Source of the DNA: Candidatus Planktophila sp.
GTDB lineage: Bacteria; Actinomycetota; Actinomycetes; Nanopelagicales; Nanopelagicaceae
Reading direction: 5' to 3'
Assembly: GCA_964203475.1 (NCBI GenBank)
Contig: CAXNLR010000004.1
Coordinates: 2,073 to 66,072 of the forward strand
Length of the DNA: 64,000 bases
Below the pieces are notes generated by a model. The model saw only the letters and a list, made by a program, of their open reading frames with translations, was not told the origin of the DNA and did not search any database. Made by a program: the position numbers and the translations under genes. Below, one piece after another: positions 42,553 through 53,144 of this stretch (the stretch's first letter is position 1; the number at the start of each line of letters is the position of its first letter).

Positions 42553-43352
42553 GCTAATTCCTGCGAACGATCGCTAGCCGCCTTCATTGCCTTGGCAACC
42601 ATAGAGTTGAGATCACTTGATGCAAAAGAGGCGAGCGCAGCAGCCGTAGTGCCATTTGGACTTGTCACATTTTCGCGCAGAGTTGTTGCACTCTTACCTG
42701 ACTCATCTAACAACTTTGCAGCACCAACAATTGTCTGCACTGTAAGAGTTGTTGCATCGGCTTCGCTCAGGCCAAGTTCTTTGGCTCCAGCAACCATTGC
42801 CTCAACAAATGCGAAAAAGTAAGCAGGTCCAGAACCGCTAGTTGCAGTGACCGCATCTTGCAGATCTTCGGCAACTTCAATTACTTTGCCCGTGGCTGCC
42901 AAGAAATCAAGAACAAACTGCTTATGCGCAGCTGTGACACCAGGCCCCATTGATGCTGCAGCCATTCCCGCACCCACCATGGTCGGCGTATTGGGCATAA
43001 CGCGGACAACAGGGTTGCCAGTACCTAATCCATTGCTGATAAATGAGATTGTCTTGCCCGCTGCAAAGGTGATTACGACGGCTGTTGGCTTAATGGAACC
43101 CTTGATCTCTTCAAGTACTCCAGCCATATCCTGAGGCTTAACCACCAATAACAGAGCATCTGCTGCTGCAACATTGGTTGCTAATGGTGCTTGTTTGATT
43201 GAGTACTTTGCAATCAGCTCTGCGCTTCGATCTGCACGCTTTTCTGAAATTGTGATCAACTCTGGATTAACACCAGATGAAATCAATGCAGCGATCAAGG
43301 CTTCGCCCATAATGCCGGCGCCAACAACTGCAACCTTTGATTGCTGATCCAT
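42549..43352 (-). CDS. proC: Pyrroline-5-carboxylate reductase
   Basis: GAGIMGEA, VKPQD, RVMPNTP, SGSGPAY, VTSPNGTT. Confidence 0.96.
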   Translation of the reverse strand: MDQQSKVAVVGAGIMGEALIAALISSGVNPELITISEKRADRSAELIAKYSIKQAPLATNVAAADALLLVVKPQDMAGVLEEIKGSIKPTAVVITFAAGKTISFISNGLGTGNPVVRVMPNTPTMVGAGMAAASMGPGVTAAHKQFVLDFLAATGKVIEVAEDLQDAVTATSGSGPAYFFAFVEAMVAGAKELGLSEADATTLTVQTIVGAAKLLDESGKSATTLRENVTSPNGTTAAALASFASSDLNSMVAKAMKAASDRSQELA

Positions 43353-43391
43353 GTAACAAGCCTACCTGTTATGCCTGTAGGCTCTGCGACT

Positions 43392-44204
43392 ATGTCAGAA
43401 GTTAAAGCTGGATTTGCGCGTGATTGGGTTGAATTCTTCGACCCAAATGATGCTGAAACTATTTTCAAGTGCGACCTGACCTGGTTGACCTCGTACTGGA
43501 CTTGTATTTATGGTGATGGCTGCCAAGGTGTTTTCAAAAGCCAGCCATTTTCTGGATGTTGCACCGAAGGTGCGATGTATACAGATAAGGAAGATGAAGA
43601 GCGCACAGTTAAAGCTGCGGCTTATCTAACTCCAGAAATGTGGCAGTTCTATAACGAAGCCCGACCGAAGAAGCCTGGCGGAAATTTACGCATTTCTGAA
43701 AAAGATGAAGATGGCGAACGCAAAACTCGCCGCGTTGACAATGGATGTATTTTCTTAAACCGTAAGGGTTATGAAGCAGAAGGTTTCACGGGATCATTCG
43801 GTTGCGTACTTCACCACGTTGCACAACGCGATGGAAAGCACTTCGCAGATACCAAGCCTGATGTGTGCTGGCAGTTGCCATTGCGCCGCAGTTTTGAAAC
43901 TCGCGAATACGGCGAGCGCGAATACTCAGTAACGGTAATCGGTGAATACGAACGCCTTGCATGGGGCGATGGTGGAGAAGATTTTGACTGGTACTGCACA
44001 AGTAACAGTGATGCTCACGTTGGAACAGAGCCTGTGTATATCTCAAACAAGTATGAGCTTGAACTGTTGATGGGCAAAGATGCCTATAACGAACTGGCTC
44101 GTCTGTGCGATGTGCGTATGGAACACATCCGTGAGTCTGCAGCCCGCAACTTGCCATTATTTATCATTCAGCATCCAGCAACTTTGGCTGCCCAGAAGAA
44201 ATAG
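43392..44204 (+). CDS. Cysteine-rich hypothetical protein (DUF3109-like)
   Basis: WTCIYGDGCQG, GCCTEGA, GCIFLN, GCVLH, KPDVCWQLP, WYC; start ATG 43392. Confidence 0.75.
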   Translation: MSEVKAGFARDWVEFFDPNDAETIFKCDLTWLTSYWTCIYGDGCQGVFKSQPFSGCCTEGAMYTDKEDEERTVKAAAYLTPEMWQFYNEARPKKPGGNLRISEKDEDGERKTRRVDNGCIFLNRKGYEAEGFTGSFGCVLHHVAQRDGKHFADTKPDVCWQLPLRRSFETREYGEREYSVTVIGEYERLAWGDGGEDFDWYCTSNSDAHVGTEPVYISNKYELELLMGKDAYNELARLCDVRMEHIRESAARNLPLFIIQHPATLAAQKK

Positions 44205-44230
44205 TCAGTCCCTTGTCATAGGGTTACCTC

Positions 44231-45598
44231 ATGGCCAAGGTTGAAAAAGATCCATTCCGCTGCACAGAGTGCGGTTGGACCTCCCAAAAATGGGTTGGTC
44301 GCTGCGGTGAATGCCAAGCATGGGGTGTTGTTGAAGAGATTGCTGCGCCTAAGAAATTATCACTTGTTGCAGGAAATGTAACTGCAAAAGCCACTCCAAT
44401 AGGTGATGTTGATTTATCTGCAGCCCATGCGCGCCCCACAGGTGTTTCAGAGTTAGATCGTGTTCTTGGCGGCGGATTAGTACCAGGTGCGGCAATTTTA
44501 TTAGCTGGAGAACCTGGTGTTGGTAAATCAACCTTGCTACTTTCAGTTGCTGCGCAATCTGCTTCAAAGGGAATCTCTGCACTTTATATAAGTGGTGAAG
44601 AATCAGCCTCTCAGGTGCGACTTCGCGCAGAGCGCATCAATGCAATTGATCCACAACTATTTCTTGCATCCGAAACAGATCTTGGCGCAGTCATTGCCCA
44701 CATTGATTCCGTAAAACCTCAACTACTCATCATTGACTCTGTTCAAACAATTGGCAGCTCTGCAGCAGATGGTGCACCTGGTGGAGTTACACAAGTTCGT
44801 GAAGTTGCCGGTGCACTCATTCGTATTTGTAAAGATCGTGACATCACACTTCTTCTTGTCGGACATGTAACAAAAGATGGTTCGATTGCCGGTCCTAGAC
44901 TTCTAGAGCACATCGTTGATGTTGTGTTGCAGTTTGAAGGAGAACGTCATTCACGCCTTCGCTTAATTCGCGCAATCAAAAATCGCTTTGGTGCATCAGA
45001 TGAGGTTGGCTGCTTTGACTTAAGTGATACCGGAATTGAATCTGTCCTTGATCCAACTGGGCTTTTCACGTCACGTCATGCAGAACCTGTACCGGGCACA
45101 TGTGTAACGGTAACTCTTGAAGGACGACGCCCACTGCTCGCAGAAATCCAAGCCCTAGTCTCTGCTGGTCGTGAAAATGATTACGGAAATGCACGTCGCG
45201 TTGTTTCAGGTCTGGACTCAGCTCGCACATCAATGACTCTTGCAGTGTTAGAACTGCGCGCAAATGTTCGAGTTGGCGGCCGCGATGTGTATGCAGCAAC
45301 TGTTGGCGGTATGAAAATGACAGAGCCTGCCGCTGATTTAGCCCTTGCTTTAGCTGTCGCATCTGCTGCAAAAGGTCTTGCTCTGCCTTCAGATTTAGTA
45401 GCAATCGGTGAAGTTGGATTAGCTGGTGAAATACGCAAGGTCAGCGGTGTTAATCGCAGACTGCAAGAGGCTTATCGACTTGGTTTTAAACGCGCACTAG
45501 TACCAACCGGATCAGACACAAAGATTGATGGCATGGAGATCGTTGAAGTTTCACGTCTAGATGCCGCGCTAAAACGGGTAAAAATCACCGGCGAATGA
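44231..45598 (+). CDS. radA: DNA repair protein RadA/Sms
   Basis: CxxC..CxxC zinc finger, GEPGVGKST, KNRFG. Confidence 0.97.
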   Translation: MAKVEKDPFRCTECGWTSQKWVGRCGECQAWGVVEEIAAPKKLSLVAGNVTAKATPIGDVDLSAAHARPTGVSELDRVLGGGLVPGAAILLAGEPGVGKSTLLLSVAAQSASKGISALYISGEESASQVRLRAERINAIDPQLFLASETDLGAVIAHIDSVKPQLLIIDSVQTIGSSAADGAPGGVTQVREVAGALIRICKDRDITLLLVGHVTKDGSIAGPRLLEHIVDVVLQFEGERHSRLRLIRAIKNRFGASDEVGCFDLSDTGIESVLDPTGLFTSRHAEPVPGTCVTVTLEGRRPLLAEIQALVSAGRENDYGNARRVVSGLDSARTSMTLAVLELRANVRVGGRDVYAATVGGMKMTEPAADLALALAVASAAKGLALPSDLVAIGEVGLAGEIRKVSGVNRRLQEAYRLGFKRALVPTGSDTKIDGMEIVEVSRLDAALKRVKITGE

Positions 45599-46446
45599 GT
45601 TCGTTAGAAAAACCAATCCTTACCTGGTTTAAAAAGAACAAAAGAGATTTACCGTGGCGTGAGACATCCCCTTGGGGTGTCATGGTCAGTGAATACATGT
45701 TGCAACAAACCCCAGTTAATCGAGTTCTTCCTAAATGGAATGAGTGGATGGAGCGTTGGCCAACTCCTAAAGATTTAGCACAGGCAACACCTGCACAAGT
45801 TATTACCGCTTGGGGACGACTTGGCTATCCACGCCGTGCACTGCGACTACACGCCGCTGCTCAAATCATTGCCCAAGATTTCAATAACACTGTGCCAGAA
45901 GATCAAGAAACACTTCAATTACTACCAGGCATTGGTGAATACACCGCTGCTGCCATTGCAGCCTTTGCATTTGAGCAAAGATCCCTCGTAATGGATGTGA
46001 ACATCCGCAGATTACTGGTGCGGGCAATTGATGGTGAAGAGCATCCAAAGCCCGCGCCAACTGCGCGAGAGAAAGCTCGCAGACTTGAAATCCTTCCAAC
46101 TAAGAACGCACACCTGTGGGCTGCTGCAACAATGGAACTTGGCGCACTTGTTTGCACATCAAAAAACCCATCATGTGAACTGTGTCCAATAATTGGTCAG
46201 TGCAACTGGCGCAAGAATGGTTATCCAAAAACAGATCTGGTTCGTAAATCACAAGATTGGCATGGCACCGATCGCAAGTGCCGCGGAACTATTGTTCAAG
46301 CACTTCGTGAGAATGAATCACTGACAGAATCTGCGATAAAGAAGTTGTGGCCTGAAGAATCACAGGTCGAAAAAGCATTGAAAACATTGACTGATGACCT
46401 ACTTATTCAAAGACTCCCCCGCAACAGATATAGACTGCCGCAATGA
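45595..46446 (+). CDS. mutY: A/G-specific adenine glycosylase
   Basis: RDLPWR, VSEYMLQQT, LGYPRRA, LPGIGEYTA, C-x6-C-x2-C-x5-C. Confidence 0.94.
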   Translation: MSSLEKPILTWFKKNKRDLPWRETSPWGVMVSEYMLQQTPVNRVLPKWNEWMERWPTPKDLAQATPAQVITAWGRLGYPRRALRLHAAAQIIAQDFNNTVPEDQETLQLLPGIGEYTAAAIAAFAFEQRSLVMDVNIRRLLVRAIDGEEHPKPAPTAREKARRLEILPTKNAHLWAAATMELGALVCTSKNPSCELCPIIGQCNWRKNGYPKTDLVRKSQDWHGTDRKCRGTIVQALRENESLTESAIKKLWPEESQVEKALKTLTDDLLIQRLPRNRYRLPQ

Positions 46447-46910
46447 TTCGTTATGCAACCAAAGCAGATGCACCACGCATACATCAGCTGATTAAAGAAC
46501 TAGCTGAGTATGAGAAAGCACCTTTGGAAGCAAAAGCCACAATTGAACAAATCGAAGAGACTATCTTTGGTGAGGATCCAGTTGCTTTCTGCCACGTTGC
46601 CGAAGATAACGGCCTAGTAGTTGGAATCTCTATCTGGTTCCTTAACTACTCAACGTGGGTGGGCAAACCAGGTATTTATCTGGAAGATCTCTACGTTGAT
46701 CCCGCATTTCGCGGCAAGGGATACGGCTTAGCTTTCCTTAAAGAACTTGGAAAGATCTGCGTTGAACGCGATTACGAAAGATTGCAGTGGTGGGTTCTGG
46801 ACTGGAACCAACCAAGCATCGATTTCTACAAATCCTTAGGCGCAGTGGCCATGGATGAGTGGACTGTCTATCGCGTTAGCGGAGAAGCACTTAAAAAACT
46901 AGGAAGTTAA
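46443..46910 (+). CDS. GNAT N-acetyltransferase (diamine acetyltransferase-like)
   Basis: ELAEYEK, YSTW.G..IYLEDLYV..RGKGYG, VLDWN..IDFYKSLGA. Confidence 0.9.
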   Translation: MIRYATKADAPRIHQLIKELAEYEKAPLEAKATIEQIEETIFGEDPVAFCHVAEDNGLVVGISIWFLNYSTWVGKPGIYLEDLYVDPAFRGKGYGLAFLKELGKICVERDYERLQWWVLDWNQPSIDFYKSLGAVAMDEWTVYRVSGEALKKLGS

Positions 46911-49412
46911 TTAAGCAGTTGGTGCTTCAGCAAGATCTTCAGGAGTATCAGGCGTTGCAACCTTTGGTGCTCCCGCAAATGTGAATTTTGCTTCGGCGCC
47001 TTCTCCTTCAACATCAACAACGATGATCTCGCCAGCCTTTAGTTCACCGAACAAGATTCGCTCTGAAAGACCATCTTCGATCTCACGTTGAATAACACGA
47101 CGCAGTGGACGTGCTCCAAGGAGTGGATCGTAACCACGCTCTGCAAGAAGATCCTTCGCAGCAGGTGTGAGCTCGATGCCCATGTCCTTTGCTTGCAAAC
47201 GATCATCAAGATTTTTGAGCATCAAGTCAACAATCTGAATGATCTGAGGCTTAGTCAACTGGTGGAAGACGATAATGTCATCAATACGGTTGAGGAACTC
47301 AGGGCGGAAGTGTGATTTGAGTTCATCACTGACCTTGCCCTTCATACGCTCGTAATTAGTCATATCGTCATCGCTGTTAGCAAAGCCAAGCCCGAGTGAC
47401 TTAGAGATGTCACGGGTGCCAAGGTTTGTTGTCATGATGATGACAGTGTTCTTGAAATCTACTTTTCGGCCTTGTGAATCTGTGAGATGGCCTTCTTCTA
47501 GAACCTGTAGAAGTGAGTTGAAGATATCTGGGTGTGCCTTTTCGATTTCATCGAAGAGCACAACTGAGAATGGACGGCGGCGAACCTTTTCAGTGAGCTG
47601 TCCACCCTCGTCATATCCAACATATCCTGGAGGTGCACCGAATAAACGAGATGCGGTGTGACGCTCTGAGTATTCAGACATATCAAGTTGAATCAACGCA
47701 TCTTGATCACCAAACAAGAATGATGCAAGTGTGCGAGAAAGTTCTGTCTTACCAACACCTGAAGGACCAGCGAAGATAAATGATCCGCCTGGACGGCGTG
47801 GATCCTTAAGACCTGCGCGGGTGCGACGAATTGCTTGTGACAACGCCTTGATCGCTTGGTCTTGTCCGATTACACGGTTGTGTAATTCATCTTCCATGCG
47901 AAGCAGGCGTGCTGTCTCTTCTTCAGTTAACTTAAAGACTGGAATACCAGTTGATGCAGATAGGACCTGAGCGATGAGTTCTTCATCAACCTCAGTCACC
48001 TTATCTAGATCAGTTGCTTTCCAATTCTTCTCAGCTTCCTGCTTTTCAGTGATAAGAGTCTTTTCCTTATCGCGAAGAGTTGCAGCTAATTCAAAATCTT
48101 GACCATCGATTGCAGACTCTTTTTCTTTGCGAGCATTTGCGATCTTTTCATCAAACTCGCGAAGTTCTGCTGGAGCAGTCATGCGCTTAATGCGAAGACG
48201 TGAACCTGCTTCATCAATAAGGTCGATCGCCTTATCTGGCAAGAAGCGATCTGACACATAGCGATCTGCAAGGTTTGCAGCAGCCGCGAGTGCGCCATCA
48301 GTGATTGAAACACGGTGATGTGTTTCGTAGCGATCGCGAAGACCCTTCAAGATCTCAATTGTGTGTGCAACAGAAGGCTCTTTAACCTGAATTGGCTGGA
48401 AGCGGCGCTCTAGGGCTGCATCCTTCTCAACATGCTTGCGATATTCATCAAGTGTTGTTGCACCAATTGTCTGTAGTTCACCGCGTGCCAGCATTGGCTT
48501 CAAGATGCTTGCAGCATCAATTGCACCTTCTGCAGCACCAGCGCCAACAAGTGTGTGAATTTCATCGATGAAAAGAATGATGTCGCCGCGAGTTTTGATC
48601 TCCTTGAGCACCTTCTTCAAGCGCTCTTCGAAATCTCCACGGTAGCGGCTACCTGCAACAAGTGCACCAAGATCTAATGAGTAGAGCTGCTTATCCTTCA
48701 AAGTTTCTGGAACATCGTTCTTATAGATCGCTTGTGCAAGACCTTCAACAACTGCTGTCTTACCAACACCTGGTTCACCAATTAGAACTGGGTTGTTCTT
48801 TGTGCGACGTGAAAGAACTTGCATAACACGTTCAATTTCATTTTCGCGACCGATAACTGGATCAAGCTTTCCTTCGCGGGCAGCTTGTGTGAGGTTTCGA
48901 CCAAATTGATCAAGTACTAATGATGTTGATGGTGTGCCCTCTGCAGGTCCACCAGTTTGTACAGCTTCTTTTCCTTGGTAACCAGAGAGAAGTTGAATAA
49001 CTTGTTGGCGAACACGATTTAGATCTGCGCCAAGCTTTACAAGAACTTGTGCCGCAACACCCTCACCTTCGCGTATCAAACCAAGAAGAATGTGTTCTGT
49101 ACCAATGTAGTTGTGACCTAACTGCAACGCCTCACGAAGTGAAAGTTCTAGAACTTTCTTCGCGCGCGGAGTAAATGGAATGTGACCACTTGGTGCTTGC
49201 TGACCTTGTCCAATAATTTCTTCAACTTGTGCGCGCACGCCTTCAAGTGAGATGCCCAATGATTCAAGACCTTTAGCTGCAACGCCTTCACCTTCGTGGA
49301 TGAGTCCAAGAAGGATGTGCTCGGTGCCGATGTAGTTGTGATTGAGCATGCGTGCTTCTTCTTGGGCCAGCACGACTACTCGGCGGGCTCGGTCTGTAAA
49401 GCGCTCAAACAT
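46911..49412 (-). CDS. clpC: ATP-dependent Clp protease ATP-binding subunit ClpC
   Basis: [12 protein letters not shown], two AAA modules ([16 protein letters not shown]); AAGGAG RBS. Confidence 0.97.
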   Translation of the reverse strand: MFERFTDRARRVVVLAQEEARMLNHNYIGTEHILLGLIHEGEGVAAKGLESLGISLEGVRAQVEEIIGQGQQAPSGHIPFTPRAKKVLELSLREALQLGHNYIGTEHILLGLIREGEGVAAQVLVKLGADLNRVRQQVIQLLSGYQGKEAVQTGGPAEGTPSTSLVLDQFGRNLTQAAREGKLDPVIGRENEIERVMQVLSRRTKNNPVLIGEPGVGKTAVVEGLAQAIYKNDVPETLKDKQLYSLDLGALVAGSRYRGDFEERLKKVLKEIKTRGDIILFIDEIHTLVGAGAAEGAIDAASILKPMLARGELQTIGATTLDEYRKHVEKDAALERRFQPIQVKEPSVAHTIEILKGLRDRYETHHRVSITDGALAAAANLADRYVSDRFLPDKAIDLIDEAGSRLRIKRMTAPAELREFDEKIANARKEKESAIDGQDFELAATLRDKEKTLITEKQEAEKNWKATDLDKVTEVDEELIAQVLSASTGIPVFKLTEEETARLLRMEDELHNRVIGQDQAIKALSQAIRRTRAGLKDPRRPGGSFIFAGPSGVGKTELSRTLASFLFGDQDALIQLDMSEYSERHTASRLFGAPPGYVGYDEGGQLTEKVRRRPFSVVLFDEIEKAHPDIFNSLLQVLEEGHLTDSQGRKVDFKNTVIIMTTNLGTRDISKSLGLGFANSDDDMTNYERMKGKVSDELKSHFRPEFLNRIDDIIVFHQLTKPQIIQIVDLMLKNLDDRLQAKDMGIELTPAAKDLLAERGYDPLLGARPLRRVIQREIEDGLSERILFGELKAGEIIVVDVEGEGAEAKFTFAGAPKVATPDTPEDLAEAPTA

Positions 49413-49547
49413 GGGCGGTGCTCCTTTGGGTCGATCTTTCGTTAAGCCTAATACCTACGGGGCTACGCTCGCGAGGTGGATTGCAGTTGAGTTTTACAAC
49501 CCCAAATATGGCGGTCTCATGCCCGAAATTGGACTAAATCTAGGCCC

Positions 49548-50039
49548 CTATAGCTTCTTGAGCATTCGGGTATTTCCCAGGGTATTGGGCTTTACCGACT
49601 CAAGATCAAGGAACTCGGCCACACCGGCATCATATGAACGCAGGAGTTCCTGATAGATCTCTGGCTCAACTGGAGTTCCTTCAATAACTTCAAAACCATG
49701 GCGTCCAAAAAACTCCGTCTCAAAGGTCAAACAAAAGATTCGCGCCACACCAATTTTCTTCGCACGATCAATGATTGATTCCAGAATTTGATGACCAACA
49801 CCTTTGCCGCGAACTTTTTCTGACACTGCAACTGTGCGAACTTCTGCAAGGTCTTCCCACAAGATGTGTAGTGCGCCGCAACCAATAACCTCATTGCCTT
49901 CAACGGCAACAGTAAATTCTTGGACGCTTTCATACAAAGTTACAGTTTCTTTTGTGAGCAGACGACCTTGTGGTGCATATGAGTCAATTAATTGACGAAT
50001 ACCTTTAATATCACTGGTGCGTGCTAGACGAATCTCCAT
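49548..50039 (-). CDS. Short amino-acid N-acetyltransferase (ArgA-like)
   Basis: GCGALHILWEDLAEVRTVAV, FCLTFE, NTLGNTRML. Confidence 0.88.
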   Translation of the reverse strand: MEIRLARTSDIKGIRQLIDSYAPQGRLLTKETVTLYESVQEFTVAVEGNEVIGCGALHILWEDLAEVRTVAVSEKVRGKGVGHQILESIIDRAKKIGVARIFCLTFETEFFGRHGFEVIEGTPVEPEIYQELLRSYDAGVAEFLDLESVKPNTLGNTRMLKKL

Positions 50040-50042
50040 CGC

Positions 50043-51548
50043 TTAATCAATTTCTGGTTTAACAAGCGGGAACAAAATTGTTTCGCGAATTCCAAGACCA
50101 GTAAGTGCCATAAGCAAACGATCAACACCCATTCCCATTCCACCAGTTGGAGGCATTGCAAACTCCATTGCGCGCAAGAAATCTTCATCTACTTGCATTG
50201 CTTCAAGATCACCCTTGGAACCTAGTGTTGCTTGTTCCACTAAACGATCGCGCTGAACAACAGGGTCAATTAATTCTGAGTAACCTGTTGCAAGTTCAAA
50301 GCCATCAATGTATAAATCCCACTTTTCAGCAACACCCGGTAGCTCGCGGTGTGCACGGACAAGTGGTGAAGTATCAACCGGGAAGCCCATTACAAAAGTT
50401 GGTTCAATCAAATCTTGGCGTGCAACGTGCTCAAAGATCTCTTCGGCAAGCTTTCCGGTAATCCATTTAGGATCAATTTTCATGCCTAGCTTTTCAGCGA
50501 TCTTCTTCAATTCTGCAATAGGAGTAAGGGCTGTAACGCTTTGCCCAACACCATTAGAAATAGCGTCATATAAGGAGATCTGCTTCCACTGGCCACCAAG
50601 GTCAGCCTGGCGGCCATCATGGTGTGTAACAACATGTGAACCAGCAACTGCCATTGCAGCGTTCTGAACAAGGGTGCGAGTTAAATCTGCAATAGACATC
50701 CAGTCGCCATAGGCCATATAGCTTTCAATCATTGCAAACTCAGGTGAGTGAGATGAGTCAGCGCCTTCATTACGGAAGTTACGGTTGATTTCAAATACTC
50801 GCTCAATACCGCCGACAACACAGCGCTTTAAGAATAGTTCCGGCGCAATGCGCAGGTACAGATCCATATCATATGCATTAGAAAAAGATTTAAATGGACG
50901 AGCAGCTGCTCCACCATGCATCACCTGAAGCATTGGAGTTTCAACTTCAACAAAGTTTGCTTTATCAAATGTGTCCCGAAGTGATTTCATAACAGCGGGG
51001 CGCATACGTGCATTACTACGAGCTTCTGGACGAACAATTAAATCCACATAACGCATCCGTACGCGAGTCTCTTCTGACATCGGTTTGTGATCATTAGGCA
51101 ATGGACGCAGTGACTTTGAAGCCAGGGTCCATGAATTAGCAAGGATTGAAAGTTCTCCACGCTTTGAAGTAATGATTTCACCTGTTACAGAAACAATGTC
51201 ACCTAAATCAATGTCAGCTTTCCATGAATCAAGAACTTCTTGACCAACCTTGTCCAATGACAACATGGCCTGTAGCTCTGTTCCGTCACCTTCGCGCAAC
51301 GTTGCAAAGCAAAGTTTGCCTGTATCGCGCTTAAAGATGATTCGACCTGTTAGAGATTCAATGTCTCCCGTGGCAACATCAATTTCAAGGCCAACATACT
51401 TTTCACGAATTTCAACAAGAGATTTCGTACGAGGTACTGATACTGGATATGGCTCTATGTTGCGCTCTAATAATGAGGCGCGCTTTTCACGTCGAATACG
51501 GAGCTGCTCAGGCAGATCCTCTTCAATCGGTGCGTTTTCTGTGCTCAT
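50043..51548 (-). CDS. lysS: Lysine--tRNA ligase
   Basis: YLRIAPEL, RNFRNEG..HSPEF, GYSELIDP, GMGVDRL. Confidence 0.97.
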   Translation of the reverse strand: MSTENAPIEEDLPEQLRIRREKRASLLERNIEPYPVSVPRTKSLVEIREKYVGLEIDVATGDIESLTGRIIFKRDTGKLCFATLREGDGTELQAMLSLDKVGQEVLDSWKADIDLGDIVSVTGEIITSKRGELSILANSWTLASKSLRPLPNDHKPMSEETRVRMRYVDLIVRPEARSNARMRPAVMKSLRDTFDKANFVEVETPMLQVMHGGAAARPFKSFSNAYDMDLYLRIAPELFLKRCVVGGIERVFEINRNFRNEGADSSHSPEFAMIESYMAYGDWMSIADLTRTLVQNAAMAVAGSHVVTHHDGRQADLGGQWKQISLYDAISNGVGQSVTALTPIAELKKIAEKLGMKIDPKWITGKLAEEIFEHVARQDLIEPTFVMGFPVDTSPLVRAHRELPGVAEKWDLYIDGFELATGYSELIDPVVQRDRLVEQATLGSKGDLEAMQVDEDFLRAMEFAMPPTGGMGMGVDRLLMALTGLGIRETILFPLVKPEID

Positions 51549-51568
51549 AGGTTGCGAAGTCTACCGAC

Positions 51569-52333
51569 TTAGGCATTTCGTTCGTGAATTAGGCGAAGTC
51601 CGATGAGGGTCAAATCAGGCTCATGATGGTCGATGGTTTCTGAAACTCCGATTATCAATGGGGCTAATCCACCCGTTGCAATAACTGTTGGCTTTTTGGA
51701 ATAAGAATCCATTAGCTCTGCTGTGATTCGATCAACTAAACCATCAACCTGGCCAGCAAATCCATAAATAGTTCCAGATTGCAACGCCTCAACCGTGTTC
51801 TTGCCTATGACATTTTTGGGTCTGATTAATTCGACTTTACGAAGCTGGGCAGCGCGAGCAGCTAATGCATCAACAGAGATTTCAATTCCGGGGGCAAGTG
51901 CTCCACCTAGAAACTCTCCCTTAGGTGACACAACATCCAAATTTGTCGAAGTTCCAAAGTCCACAACAATTGCTGGTCCACCAAACAATGTGTGAGCAGC
52001 CAAAGTGTTAACAATGCGATCTGCGCCAATTTCCTTTGGATTATCAACTAGTAGTGGCACGCCAGTTTTAATACCTGGCTCAACAATAGTTACCGGAACA
52101 TCTGAGAAGTAATCGGCAATCATTGTGCGAAGTTCACGCAATGTTGCTGGAACAGTTGAGCAGACAGCTAAACCTGTCACCTTGTAATCCTGGATTAAAG
52201 CACGATACTGCAGCCATAACTCATCAGCGGTGCTGCGAGGATCTGTTTTAACTCTCCAAGAGTGAACCATTTCTTTGTCATCAAAGACTCCAAGAACGGT
52301 ATTTGTATTTCCAACGTCAACTGTTAATAACAT
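51569..52333 (-). CDS. coaX: Type III pantothenate kinase
   Basis: DVGNTN, GADR, VDFGTST, IATGG. Confidence 0.95.
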   Translation of the reverse strand: MLLTVDVGNTNTVLGVFDDKEMVHSWRVKTDPRSTADELWLQYRALIQDYKVTGLAVCSTVPATLRELRTMIADYFSDVPVTIVEPGIKTGVPLLVDNPKEIGADRIVNTLAAHTLFGGPAIVVDFGTSTNLDVVSPKGEFLGGALAPGIEISVDALAARAAQLRKVELIRPKNVIGKNTVEALQSGTIYGFAGQVDGLVDRITAELMDSYSKKPTVIATGGLAPLIIGVSETIDHHEPDLTLIGLRLIHERNA

Positions 52334-52335
52334 TG

Positions 52336-53088
52336 TTATCGCCCCACCATTGGCATGTTATCAATCAAGCGAACTCCCTCAACCCATCCAGCAATAATCG
52401 CTCGACGGTTTTCTGTACCTTCATCTGCTAACGAAAAGTCTTTTTCATCAATAATCGTTGCGTAATCCTTATTAAAACCAGCCTCAGTAGAAAGCGTTGT
52501 GTTGAGTATCTCCTGAGCAATTTCTACTGTTGGGGCAAGCTTGGCTGCTGCTAATGCCCGGTGAATAACTAATGCTGCATCTCTGCCAGATTCACTCAGT
52601 TGCAGATTGCGTGAGGACATCGCCAAACCATCAAATTCACGAACCGTCGGAACACCAATTATCTCAACCTTGCTCTTCATAGCTTTAACAATTGTTAACT
52701 GCTGAAAATCCTTTTCGCCAAATACCGCCTTATCTGGCTTTGCAATTGCGCATAGGCGATCAATAACTGTTACAACACCATCAAAGTGTCCAGGCCGTGA
52801 TGCACCTTCATAAAGATTGCCTAGCGCTCCTGCACTTATTGTTTTGAATCCTTCTGGATATAGGTCTTCATACTCTGGAAACCACACCTCAGTAGCGCCA
52901 GCAATTGTTGCAATTTCGATATCGCGCTCTGGTGATCGTGGATACTTTTCTAAATCTGCTGTGTTCTCAAACTGCAGTGGATTTACAAAGATGCTTACAA
53001 TTACATCTTTATCCAAAATGCGCGCACGTTTAATCAACGCTTGGTGGCCTTTATGCAAGGCTCCCATAGTTGGCACTAACACAGTCAT
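52336..53088 (-). CDS. panC: Pantoate--beta-alanine ligase
   Basis: VPTMGALHKGH, SIFVNPLQF, RPGHFDGV, FGEKDFQQ, GLAMSSRN, RLIDN. Confidence 0.95.
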   Translation of the reverse strand: MTVLVPTMGALHKGHQALIKRARILDKDVIVSIFVNPLQFENTADLEKYPRSPERDIEIATIAGATEVWFPEYEDLYPEGFKTISAGALGNLYEGASRPGHFDGVVTVIDRLCAIAKPDKAVFGEKDFQQLTIVKAMKSKVEIIGVPTVREFDGLAMSSRNLQLSESGRDAALVIHRALAAAKLAPTVEIAQEILNTTLSTEAGFNKDYATIIDEKDFSLADEGTENRRAIIAGWVEGVRLIDNMPMVGR

Positions 53089-53095
53089 TTCAGTG

Positions 53096-53123
53096 GCTCC
53101 AGTCCTTTCGTGGGGTACCGGGC
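53096..53123 (-). promoter_or_regulatory. pan-motif-like RNA hairpin with two bulged adenosines in the panC leader
   Basis: GC CCGGU (A) CC [CCACGAAA] GG ACUGG (A) GC; the GGAG SD lies in the 3' arm. Confidence 0.6.
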
Positions 53124-53144
53124 GAGATACATCAAAGTTTACCT

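Noticed and set aside
45595-46446. MutY lacking the C-terminal 8-oxoG-recognition domain as a pseudogene
   Set aside because: The short form is normal for actinobacteria and catalytic and Fe-S motifs are intact
49983-49996. 14-bp perfect palindrome GTCAATTAATTGAC
   Set aside because: Inside coding sequence (RQLID), single occurrence noticed, plausible by chance
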